Shown here in pieces: positions 23,934 to 32,440 of a DNA stretch of 64,000 bases. The DNA comes from Anaerolineales bacterium. Lineage in GTDB: Bacteria; Chloroflexota; Anaerolineae; Anaerolineales; UBA11579. Under the pieces are notes generated by a model. It was not told the origin of the DNA and searched no databases. It saw only the letters and a list, made by a program, of their open reading frames with translations. The translations under genes and the position numbers were made by a program. The stretch is taken from positions 67,971-131,970 of the forward strand of contig CP075367.1 of assembly GCA_019454165.1 (NCBI GenBank), read 5' to 3'. Position 1 is the first letter of the stretch; the number at the start of each line of letters is the position of its first letter.

Positions 23934-25469
23934 CTACCCTGCCGTCGGCAGGCTAGGCATCTCCGGCCCCGGCACGCCCAGCAGCTCCGCCAGTGCCGAC
24001 CGCGTCGCCACCCGGTCGTCCCACGGGTACTCGGTCTCACCGAAGCACATAGACTGCTCGTGCCCCTTGCCGAGCACGATGACCACATCGCCCGGCTGCG
24101 CCTGCAGCAGGGCGAACGAGATCGCCGCCCCGCGGTCAGGCACGCGGAAGAAGCTCTTGCCCTCCACGCCGCCGCGGCTCTCGGCCGCGTGCGCCATCTC
24201 AGCCAATATTTCGTCTAGGCTCTCGGTGCGCGGGTCCTCCGCCGTCAGCACGCTGATGTCCGCCAGCTCGGCGGCGTGTTCGGGCATCATGCGCCGCTTG
24301 GCCTTGTCGCGCAACCCGGCCGAGCCGAACACGGTGATGACGCGGCCCTGGGTAAATTGCCGCGCCGACTCGAGCGCCACTTTGAGCGCATTCGGCGTGT
24401 GCGCAAAATCTACGATAGTCGTGAAGTCCTGGCCCATCTCGATCCGCTCCATGCGCCCGGGTACGCCTTCCAGCGCCGCAATACCGGCCTGAGCCGCCTC
24501 CACCGGCAGCCCCAGGCCCACCACGCTGGCGCCGATCGCCGCCAGCGAGTTGGATACGTTGTACGCGCCGAACATCTTGGTCTCCACCGGGAAGCTGAAG
24601 CCCGGCCCATGCGCCACGAAGCTCAGCCTGCCGGGCTCATTGCGAATATCTGATGCGCGCAGGTCGGCTTCAGGATGCAGCCCGTACGAGATCTGCCTGG
24701 CCTTCGTACGCTTGGCCAGCCCCTCGTACGACTTGTCGTCTCGGTTCAACACCGCCAGCCGTTCCACGGCACGCGCCTTCTCGAAGGGCTGGTCCAGCCC
24801 TTCGAACAGCAGCGCCTTGGCGTCAAAGTAGGCCTCATAGGTGCCGTGATCGTTCAAATGCTCATGGGTGATGTTGGTGACGATCGCAATATCAAACTCG
24901 CGCGGCCGCGCCCCGCGCTGCTGCACCAGCCCGATCGAGGTCATCTCCAGGATCGCGTGCGTCAGCCCGCTATCCACCATCTGGCGCAAATAACGCTGCA
25001 TGTCGAACGCTTCCGGCGTCGTGACGTGGAAGCCGGTATCCAGCACCTCTTCGCCAATCTGGGCGTTCACCGTGCTCACCATGCCGGTGTTCAGCCCGGC
25101 CATCCGCACGATCTGGTACAGAAAATTAGACGTGGTGGTCTTGCCGTCCGTGCCGGTGATGCCCAACAGCGTCAGATCGCGTGCCGGGTAGCCGTAAAAA
25201 GCGGCCGCCGCCTCGGCCAGCGCCGCCCGCGCATCCGGCACGGTGATATGCGGTATTGGCGACTGCGCGTCCTTGCGTTCGCCCACCACCGCCACCGCGC
25301 CCCGCGCCGCCACTTCGTCCAGGTACTGGTAGCGGTCCACGCCGCGCACGATCGCGAAGAACAGGTCGCCGGGTTTCACCAGGCGCGAGTCGAGCGCGAG
25401 GCCGGTCACCTCCACATCCGGCACGGCCGTTTGCAGATCAAGCGTGCGCAACAGTTCGGTCAACTTCAT
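23934..25469 (-). CDS. murE: UDP-N-acetylmuramoyl-L-alanyl-D-glutamate--2,6-diaminopimelate ligase
   Basis: GITGTDGKTTT P-loop, Mur ligase middle and C-terminal domains, and AEDPRTE (DNPR-type motif). Confidence 0.92.
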   Translation of the reverse strand: MKLTELLRTLDLQTAVPDVEVTGLALDSRLVKPGDLFFAIVRGVDRYQYLDEVAARGAVAVVGERKDAQSPIPHITVPDARAALAEAAAAFYGYPARDLTLLGITGTDGKTTTSNFLYQIVRMAGLNTGMVSTVNAQIGEEVLDTGFHVTTPEAFDMQRYLRQMVDSGLTHAILEMTSIGLVQQRGARPREFDIAIVTNITHEHLNDHGTYEAYFDAKALLFEGLDQPFEKARAVERLAVLNRDDKSYEGLAKRTKARQISYGLHPEADLRASDIRNEPGRLSFVAHGPGFSFPVETKMFGAYNVSNSLAAIGASVVGLGLPVEAAQAGIAALEGVPGRMERIEMGQDFTTIVDFAHTPNALKVALESARQFTQGRVITVFGSAGLRDKAKRRMMPEHAAELADISVLTAEDPRTESLDEILAEMAHAAESRGGVEGKSFFRVPDRGAAISFALLQAQPGDVVIVLGKGHEQSMCFGETEYPWDDRVATRSALAELLGVPGPEMPSLPTAG

Positions 25470-25487
25470 GGCGGCTCATTGTATTGC

Positions 25488-25517
25488 AAAAAGAGACGCC
25501 CGTTTCCGGGCGTCTCT
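25488..25517 (-). terminator. Rho-independent terminator after the Fo cluster
   Basis: 11-bp stem AGAGACGCCCG/CGGGCGTCTCT with a 4-nt loop. On the minus strand it is followed by TTTTT (plus-strand A-run 25488-25492). Confidence 0.7.
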
Positions 25518-25544
25518 TTGGTTCGCAGTCTAACAGGCAGAAAG

Positions 25545-26282
25545 CTAGCGAATGCTCTGGCGCAGGGCGCCTAGCTGGCCGGATACAGAGCCGTCCAGCA
25601 CCTTGTCGCCCACACGCACCACCAGGCCACCCAGGATGTTGGGGTCAACCTTGAAGGTGACCTCACCCTTGCCGCCCAGCGTCTTCAGCACCTGCTCCTG
25701 CACGGAGGATTGCTCCGTCGCGCTCAGCGGCAGGGCGCTGGTCACCACGGCGCTGCTGCCGGCCGCGTCCGCGCCTTCCAGCACGGTCACCTTGCCGGAC
25801 TTCACGCCGGAGAAGAACTCGTCGATCAAGGCTTGCTGCTTCTTGGCGTCCAAAGCCTCGCCGATCAGCTTCTGGGCCGCGGCAACCGCCAGCGCACCCA
25901 CCTGGCCGCGCACCTCGCCCAGCACACGCACGCGCTCCTGGTCAACTTCGGCCAGGGCAGTCTCGCGCGCCTTGCCAGCCTTGGCTTCAGCGTCCTTGAT
26001 GATCTCTTTGGCCTGCGCCTCAGCACGAGCGGTCAGCTCGCGCGCCTCGGTCGCAGCTTGTGCACGGGCTTCGCTCAGCAGTTTCTCAGCTTCCTTCTCG
26101 GCATTCTCGCGGGCTTCAGCAGCAATGCTGGCGTCCTCGAGGCCCTTGCTGATCGTCTCACGGCGTTTCTCAAGCATGTTCACGATCGGCGTGAACACAA
26201 ACTTGCGCAGCAAGATCAACAACAACAGGAAGTTGAAGATCTGAACGAGCAGAAAACCCAGGTTAATACCTAAAGCTTCCAA
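25545..26282 (-). CDS. atpF: ATP synthase Fo subunit b fused to a delta (OSCP) C-terminal-domain-like segment
   Basis: N-terminal TM helix plus long Ala/Glu/Lys coiled coil (b). The last roughly 68 aa, VVTSALPLSATEQ...KVDPNILGGLVVRVGDKVLDGSVSGQLGALRQSI, match the delta C-terminal pattern. TTG start with AAGGAG SD. Confidence 0.85.
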   Translation of the reverse strand: MEALGINLGFLLVQIFNFLLLLILLRKFVFTPIVNMLEKRRETISKGLEDASIAAEARENAEKEAEKLLSEARAQAATEARELTARAEAQAKEIIKDAEAKAGKARETALAEVDQERVRVLGEVRGQVGALAVAAAQKLIGEALDAKKQQALIDEFFSGVKSGKVTVLEGADAAGSSAVVTSALPLSATEQSSVQEQVLKTLGGKGEVTFKVDPNILGGLVVRVGDKVLDGSVSGQLGALRQSIR

Positions 26283-26323
26283 TGTCGGGTCTCCTTTCTA
26301 TCGTGTCCTATCAGTGTCTGTTC

Positions 26324-26548
26324 TTAGATGAACAGAATGAGCATTGCTACCACCAGACAATAAATGGCGATAGCTTCAGTGAACACGATACCCAGGATCA
26401 TGCTGGTCTGGATAGTGCCTGCAGCATCCGGGTTGCGGGCGATACCCTGCACGCCACCCAGGGCGGCAAGGCCTACACCCAGACCGGCGCCCATAGCACC
26501 GATCATTGCGATCCCAGCACCAATCATTTTTGCGGCTTCAGCTTCCAT
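26324..26548 (-). CDS. atpE: ATP synthase Fo subunit c
   Basis: Hairpin of two TM helices, loop RNPD, carboxylate in FTEAIAIY. Confidence 0.94.
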   Translation of the reverse strand: MEAEAAKMIGAGIAMIGAMGAGLGVGLAALGGVQGIARNPDAAGTIQTSMILGIVFTEAIAIYCLVVAMLILFI

Positions 26549-26584
26549 GTTTCCTCAACCTCCATCAAAAGATGAGTCAGATTT

Positions 26585-27631
26585 TTAGTGGTGTTCTGCG
26601 TCGCCGTGATGCGACTGTGTTGCCTGGGCCATGAAGATCATGGTGAGCATGCCGAACACCAGAGCCTGGATCAGGCCCACGGCAAACTCCAGCATCAACA
26701 CGCCGGTTTGGGCCGCCACAGGAATAAGCGTACCGATCACCAGCAGCAAGATCATGCCCGCAAAAATGTTACCGAAAAGACGGAACGAGAACGAGATGAT
26801 CTTGGAAAACTCAGAGACGATTTCGAAGATACCGACAATGAAATCGATCTTGCCCATGCCCGGCTTGCCCAGGGCACGGATGTTGATGAACTTCTCAAAG
26901 TAGCTCAGACCCTGGGCGCGTACGCCAATGATCTGAATGGCCATGAAGGATACAAAGGCCAGGCCCAGCGTGAAGTTCAGGTCGGTCGCAGCGGCACGCA
27001 CGAACGGAGCGATCGCCGCAGCGCAATCCGGCTGGCCGCCGATCGACACCACTTCGGTGCTGCCGATCGTGAACAGCGGGTCAATGTCACAGTCAGTTTC
27101 AACGTGCAGATCCGGGTTCACATGGTGAGCGTGCTCCAGGCTGACCTCATTGATAACGCCAATGCTGTCAACGCCGGGGATCAACTCCATCCAGTTAACC
27201 GTCAGGACCAGGAAGGTGATCGTGGCAAAGATCGGCACGATCGTCTTTGTCCACTTGCCCGCCGTGCTGGAGGTCAGGTTGTAGATCACCTCCACCAAAG
27301 CTTCAACCACACCAACAATTCCCTTGAACACCTGTTTGCCGGATTTCAGCGCCGGGCGAATGACGAACAACGCCAGGCCGATAAGGAACACATCGGCGAT
27401 CAGCACGGCCACCATGGTGTTGGTGAGGAAGAACTTCTCGCCCGTCAAGGGGAAGTAAAACAGTGTGTCAGTGAGATGCTCCGCCGGAAGCGAAATGTAC
27501 GGGCGCAGCGGCGGGTAGATCCCAGCCGCAATGACGCCAGCGACAATAATCGCCAGAGCGATCCAGCGATTTACACCGTACTTCCATTTGCGGGTAGCTT
27601 CTTGTTTAGCCACTAGCCGCGTCCTCCTCAT
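26585..27631 (-). CDS. atpB: ATP synthase Fo subunit a (long form with loop insertion)
   Basis: ISFSFRLFGNIFAGMILL (essential Arg) and ATDLNFTLGLAF. About 55 extra residues precede the latter motif. Confidence 0.9.
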   Translation of the reverse strand: MRRTRLVAKQEATRKWKYGVNRWIALAIIVAGVIAAGIYPPLRPYISLPAEHLTDTLFYFPLTGEKFFLTNTMVAVLIADVFLIGLALFVIRPALKSGKQVFKGIVGVVEALVEVIYNLTSSTAGKWTKTIVPIFATITFLVLTVNWMELIPGVDSIGVINEVSLEHAHHVNPDLHVETDCDIDPLFTIGSTEVVSIGGQPDCAAAIAPFVRAAATDLNFTLGLAFVSFMAIQIIGVRAQGLSYFEKFINIRALGKPGMGKIDFIVGIFEIVSEFSKIISFSFRLFGNIFAGMILLLVIGTLIPVAAQTGVLMLEFAVGLIQALVFGMLTMIFMAQATQSHHGDAEHH

Positions 27632-27896
27632 CTTTCGGTGAATTCACCGGCTTAATGCGAGAGGTTGCGAAGTTCACAACCCATAGCATGGCCAGCAATG
27701 TTACAGGCACGCTCGCGCAGAGAAGACCGATCTTCCACACGTTGTTCTCAGTTGCAAAGTAGTTGTCGAGCCAAAAACCGGCGAACAAGGCTACAAAAAG
27801 AATGGCAACTGTGATGAAACCAGCCAGAGAAGCCGCGCCTACCAATGCCATATTGGCAGCATAACGACGCGGGTTCTTCTTCGGTGGGCTGCCCAT
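27606..27896 (-). CDS. AtpZ/AtpI-family small membrane protein
   Basis: Two TM helices with GFWLDNYFATEN between them. It lies immediately upstream of atpB. Confidence 0.6.
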   Translation of the reverse strand: MGSPPKKNPRRYAANMALVGAASLAGFITVAILFVALFAGFWLDNYFATENNVWKIGLLCASVPVTLLAMLWVVNFATSRIKPVNSPKDEEDAASG

Positions 27897-27905
27897 CGTT
27901 AGAGA

Positions 27906-27933
27906 ATTATATCACAATCCAAAGGGCTGTCAA
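27906..27933 (-). promoter_or_regulatory. Near-consensus sigma-70 promoter of the Fo cluster
   Basis: Minus strand reads TTGACA (27933-27928), a 16-nt spacer ending in TGA, then TATAAT (27911-27906). Only 9 nt separate the -10 from the ATG at 27896. Confidence 0.6.
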
Positions 27934-27939
27934 ACAAGC

Positions 27940-29388
27940 CTAGAACAGCGAGGCCGCAGCCGCGATCGCCCAGTTGTAGCCTGGGGCAATGATCACACCC
28001 AGGATCAGCACCAGCAGCACACTCGCCACGATCGCCACCCCGTGCGCACGCACCACCGGCACCGGCTCTTCGCTCTTGGGCTGGCCCAGATAGACCTCTT
28101 TCAGCACGATGAGGTAGTAGTACAAGCCAATGATCGAGGCCAGCACGCCCACCACCGCCAGCCACACAAAGCCAGCCTCCACCGCCGCGGCAAACACCAA
28201 TACCTTGGCAATGAAGCCGCCCAGGGGCGGGATACCTGCCAACGAGAGGAACGCCAGCAGCAGCACCAGCGCCAGCATCGGCGAGCGGCGGCTCAGGCCG
28301 GCAAAGTCCTCGATCTCATCCGAGCCAACGATGCGCGAGACAATGATCACCACACCGAAGCTGGCCATGTTGGTTACCACATACACCAGCAAGTAGTACA
28401 TCACGCTGGCCACACCCAACTCAGAGGCGGCCACCACGCCCAGCAAGGCATACCCGGCATGCGCAATGCCAGAGTACGCCAGCAGGCGCTTCAGGTTCTT
28501 CTGCGTCAGCGCCACCACGTTACCAATGAACATAGAAGCCACCGCCAGGATGCCCAGCATAAGCTGCCAGTCCGCCAGAATGTTCGGGAAGCTGGCCAGC
28601 ATGACCCGCACCAGCACCATGAAGCCCGCCGCCTTGGACGCGGTGGACAGGAACGCCGTGATCGGCGTGGGCGCGCCTTCGTACACATCCGGAGCCCAGA
28701 AGTGCATCGGCACGATCGCCACTTTGAAGCCCAGGCCCAGCAGCACCAGCACCAGCGTGCCCACCAGCACCGGGCCAGGCACCGCACCCGCACTGATCGC
28801 ATCCGCCATCGCGTACAGGTTGCTCGTGCCAGCGAAGCCGAACAGCAGGCTGAAGCCGTACAACATCACCGCGGTGGTCATGGCGCCGAACAGCAGATAC
28901 TTGAAACCCGCCTCGGTGGACTTGTTGTCGCCGGTCATGAAACCAGCCAGAATATACAGAGGGATGGAGGTCGTCTCGATCGCCAGGAACAGCATGACCA
29001 GGTCGGCCGAGGCGGCCATCAGGGTCATACCAATCGTGGACGTGAGCACCAGCAGATAGTACTCACCCTTCAGCCACACATCCTCCAGCTTCACGCTCAA
29101 CAGCACCGTGATGAACGCCGCAAAGATGAACAGCAGCTTGGCCACATACGCCAGCATGTCGTGGCGCAGCATGCCGCCCCACACCAGCTCGGCGCTGTTG
29201 CCGGGGTTGGCAAACAGCAGGGTCAGCACGAACGTTGCGATCAGCCCCACGCCGGTCAACACGGCCAGAATGCCGCGGCGCGTCTCCGGCAGCACCAGGT
29301 CAACAATAAAGACGATCGCCAAAACCACCAGGAGAGAGATCTCCGGCAGAATGGCCAAAATCATGTCAGGGGTAATGGTGCCAAACAC
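27940..29388 (-). CDS. nuoN: NADH-quinone oxidoreductase subunit N
   Basis: 14-TM antiporter-like protein of NuoN length and pattern, last gene of the nuo run. GTG start. Confidence 0.9.
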   Translation of the reverse strand: MFGTITPDMILAILPEISLLVVLAIVFIVDLVLPETRRGILAVLTGVGLIATFVLTLLFANPGNSAELVWGGMLRHDMLAYVAKLLFIFAAFITVLLSVKLEDVWLKGEYYLLVLTSTIGMTLMAASADLVMLFLAIETTSIPLYILAGFMTGDNKSTEAGFKYLLFGAMTTAVMLYGFSLLFGFAGTSNLYAMADAISAGAVPGPVLVGTLVLVLLGLGFKVAIVPMHFWAPDVYEGAPTPITAFLSTASKAAGFMVLVRVMLASFPNILADWQLMLGILAVASMFIGNVVALTQKNLKRLLAYSGIAHAGYALLGVVAASELGVASVMYYLLVYVVTNMASFGVVIIVSRIVGSDEIEDFAGLSRRSPMLALVLLLAFLSLAGIPPLGGFIAKVLVFAAAVEAGFVWLAVVGVLASIIGLYYYLIVLKEVYLGQPKSEEPVPVVRAHGVAIVASVLLVLILGVIIAPGYNWAIAAAASLF

Positions 29389-29390
29389 AG

Positions 29391-30863
29391 TTACGCGCCT
29401 CCTACCAGGGCCAGCACAGCTTCCACGCCGTGCTCAACCATGGGAACAATCACACCCGGGAAGATACCAATTGCGATCATGATGACGCACAGAATGCCCA
29501 GGGCCAGCTTCTCAGAGATCTTGATGTCGTGCATGTGGCCTTCCAGCGCGGCCGGCAGCTCGCCAAAGAACACCTTGCCCACCGCCCGCAGAATATAGGC
29601 CGCCGTCACCGCGATCGAGATCGCCGCTACGATGGCGATCCACGGCGTATCACGCCACACCCCCATAAAGATGGGGAACTCAGCCACAAAGCCAGAGAAG
29701 CCCGGCATACCCATCGACACCAAACCGCCGATGATGAACGCAATGCCCGCGAACGGCATGATCTTCATCATGCCGCCCAGCTCGGGGATCTGGCGGGTGT
29801 GCGCCTGGTCATAGATCATGCCGACCACCGCGAAGAACAGCGCCGTCATCACACCGTGCGACACCATCTGGATGCTGGCGCCCACCAAACCGTCGTGGTT
29901 CAGCGTCGCCAGGCCCATCGCCACCAGGCCCATGTGCGAGACCGACGAATAGCCGATCATGAACTTGAAGTCGGTCTGCGTCATGGCGATGAATGCGCCA
30001 TAGACCACATTCACCAGCGTCAGCAGCAGGATCCACCACATGTGGAACTGGGCGCCCTCAGGCATCAGCATGATGCCCACCCGCAGCGCCGCGAACGCGC
30101 CCAGCTTCATCAGCACGCCGGCATGGAACATCGAGACCGCCGTAGGGGCAGCCACATGGCCCACCGGGCTCCAGTTATGGAACGGGAAGATGCCGCCCAG
30201 CACCGCGAAGCCAAAGAACACGAACGGGAACCACAGCTTCTGGAACTCGGGCGAGAAGTTGGCGTTTTGCAGCGCCAGAAAGTCGAACGTGTTGAGCCCG
30301 GAGTTGAAATACATCGCCAGCACACCAACTAGGGCGATCACCGAGCCGATGAAAAGGTACAGGGTCAGCTTCATCGCCGCGTATTCGCGCGATTGCTTCC
30401 AACCCCAAATAGCGATCAGCAGGTACATCGGGAACACGGCGATCTCATAGAAGAAGAACAGGGCGAACAGGTCCAGCGCCACGAACACGCCGAACACACC
30501 GCTCGCCAACAGGAACAGGAACGCGAAGAATTCACGCGGGCGGTCATCGATGCGCTGCGAAATGATCACACCGGTAAAGATCACCACACCCGTCAGCAGC
30601 ACCAGCGGGGCGGCGATGCCATCCACGCCAACGTGGTACGAGATGCCCAGCTGCGGCAACCAGTCATACTTCTCAACGAACTGGAAGGTCTCCCCGGTGG
30701 CATCAAAGCCCACATACACCACGATCGACAGCAGGAAAGTCACCAGGGCGATCGCCAGGGCGAAGCTGTAGATCAGCTTGTGGTTCTTGGGCGGCAGGAA
30801 CAGCAGCACCACGCCAGCCAGAATGGGGAGTAAGACGATTGCGCTTAGGATAGGAAAGCCCAT
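29391..30863 (-). CDS. nuoM: NADH-quinone oxidoreductase subunit M (copy 2 in transcription order)
   Basis: GISYHVGVDGIAAPLVLLT and WLPDAH-equivalent NWSPVGHVAAPTAVSMFHAGVLMKLG. Start at MGFPILS (ATG 30861-30863, AGGTGA SD). Confidence 0.88.
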   Translation of the reverse strand: MGFPILSAIVLLPILAGVVLLFLPPKNHKLIYSFALAIALVTFLLSIVVYVGFDATGETFQFVEKYDWLPQLGISYHVGVDGIAAPLVLLTGVVIFTGVIISQRIDDRPREFFAFLFLLASGVFGVFVALDLFALFFFYEIAVFPMYLLIAIWGWKQSREYAAMKLTLYLFIGSVIALVGVLAMYFNSGLNTFDFLALQNANFSPEFQKLWFPFVFFGFAVLGGIFPFHNWSPVGHVAAPTAVSMFHAGVLMKLGAFAALRVGIMLMPEGAQFHMWWILLLTLVNVVYGAFIAMTQTDFKFMIGYSSVSHMGLVAMGLATLNHDGLVGASIQMVSHGVMTALFFAVVGMIYDQAHTRQIPELGGMMKIMPFAGIAFIIGGLVSMGMPGFSGFVAEFPIFMGVWRDTPWIAIVAAISIAVTAAYILRAVGKVFFGELPAALEGHMHDIKISEKLALGILCVIMIAIGIFPGVIVPMVEHGVEAVLALVGGA

Positions 30864-30873
30864 CAATTCACCT

Positions 30874-32430
30874 TTAGCCGAACAATGCAACGACGGCTTG
30901 ATTGATTACGTTGAGCAGCCAGGCCGGCCAAAAGCCCAGCCACAGCATCAGCACCACCAGCGGCGCCATCACCAACAGCTCGCGGCCATTGATCTCGGAA
31001 ACATGGCCCTTCCATTCCTCGTTCAGCGGGCCGTGCAAAGTCTTGGCGATCCCTTTCAAGATATACGCGCCGGTGAAGAACAGGCCGATCATGCTGATGG
31101 CCGTGTACGCCGTAAAGATCGGCCAGGCGCCACGCACCACCAGGAACTCGGACACGAAGCCGTTCAAGCCGGGCAAGCCCAGCGAGGCCATCGAGCTCAG
31201 GATCAGCAGCGCGCCGTACAGCGGCACCAGCGGGAACAGGCCGCCGAACTTCTCGAGGTCACGCGTATGCGTGCGCTCGTAGATCACGCCCACCAAAAAG
31301 AACATGGCCGCCGCCGAAATGCCGTGGTTGAACATCTGCAGCACCGCGCCGTTCATGGCGATCGTGGCGCTTTCGGTGCCAGCCGCATACGCCGCTGCGG
31401 CGATGCCCAGCACCACAAAGCCCATATGGTTCACAGACGAATATGCCACCAGGCGCTTGAAGTCCGTTTGCGCCCAGGCCGAGAGGGCGCCGAACACGAT
31501 CGCCGCCGTGGCCAGCAGCGCCAGCACGCCCGCATACTGCTGGGCCTGCTCGGGGTACAGCGGCAGCACCAGGCGCAGGAAGCCATACGCGCCCAGCTTC
31601 AGCAGCACGCCGGCCAGGATCATGGAACCGGCCGTCGGCGCCTCGGTGTGCGCATCCGGCAGCCAGGTGTGGAACGGCCACACCGGCACCTTGATGGCGA
31701 ACGCGATCGCGAAGGCCCAGAAGGCAATGCTCTTGACCGTGGCCACCGGCAGGCCGAACAGCGTGCCTTGCAGCGCCGGCCAGCTCTGGAAGATGGCGAT
31801 CAGGTCAAAGGTGCCGGAGACGACACCGATCATCTGAATGGCCAGCAGCAATCCCAGCGAGCCGGCCATGGTGTAGATCATGAATTTGAACGAAGCGTAG
31901 CGGCGGGCCGGCACCTTCATGCCGTTCCACAACTCACGCTCGCCCTTAGCGCTGCCCCATTGGTCGATCAGGAAGAACATCGGCACCAGGCCGATCTCCC
32001 AGAATACAAAGAACAGCAGCAGGTCCAGCGAGAGGAACACGCCCAGCATGCCGGTCTCCAACGCCAGGAACAAGGCCATATACGTCTTGACCTTCTCCTC
32101 AACGCTGAACGAAGCCAGAATGGCGATCGGCGTCAGGATCGTGGTCAGCAGCACCATGCTGAGCGAGAGACCATCAATGCCCAGGTGATAGTTGGAGTTG
32201 ATCGCGCTGTACCAGACCGTCTGCTCCTGGAAGCGGAAGCCATCCACCACCGGGGCCGCCTCGAAGCCGAACCAGGCCAGCAGCGTCAGCGCCAACGGAA
32301 CCAGGCTCAGCACCAGCGCCACTCGGCGGGCAAGGTTTTTGTTCTGGCCGGGCAGCAACAGCACGATCAGGGCCGCTGCCAGCGGGCTGAACAAGATCAA
32401 TGAGAGAAGATGCGAATTCAAAAAGTCCAT
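30874..32430 (-). CDS. nuoM: NADH-quinone oxidoreductase subunit M (copy 1 in transcription order)
   Basis: NYHLGIDGLSLSMVLLT and HTWLPDAHTEAPTAGSMILAGVLLKLGAYG. Start at MDFLNSH (ATG 32428-32430). Confidence 0.9.
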   Translation of the reverse strand: MDFLNSHLLSLILFSPLAAALIVLLLPGQNKNLARRVALVLSLVPLALTLLAWFGFEAAPVVDGFRFQEQTVWYSAINSNYHLGIDGLSLSMVLLTTILTPIAILASFSVEEKVKTYMALFLALETGMLGVFLSLDLLLFFVFWEIGLVPMFFLIDQWGSAKGERELWNGMKVPARRYASFKFMIYTMAGSLGLLLAIQMIGVVSGTFDLIAIFQSWPALQGTLFGLPVATVKSIAFWAFAIAFAIKVPVWPFHTWLPDAHTEAPTAGSMILAGVLLKLGAYGFLRLVLPLYPEQAQQYAGVLALLATAAIVFGALSAWAQTDFKRLVAYSSVNHMGFVVLGIAAAAYAAGTESATIAMNGAVLQMFNHGISAAAMFFLVGVIYERTHTRDLEKFGGLFPLVPLYGALLILSSMASLGLPGLNGFVSEFLVVRGAWPIFTAYTAISMIGLFFTGAYILKGIAKTLHGPLNEEWKGHVSEINGRELLVMAPLVVLMLWLGFWPAWLLNVINQAVVALFG

Positions 32431-32440
32431 GAGGTCCCGT

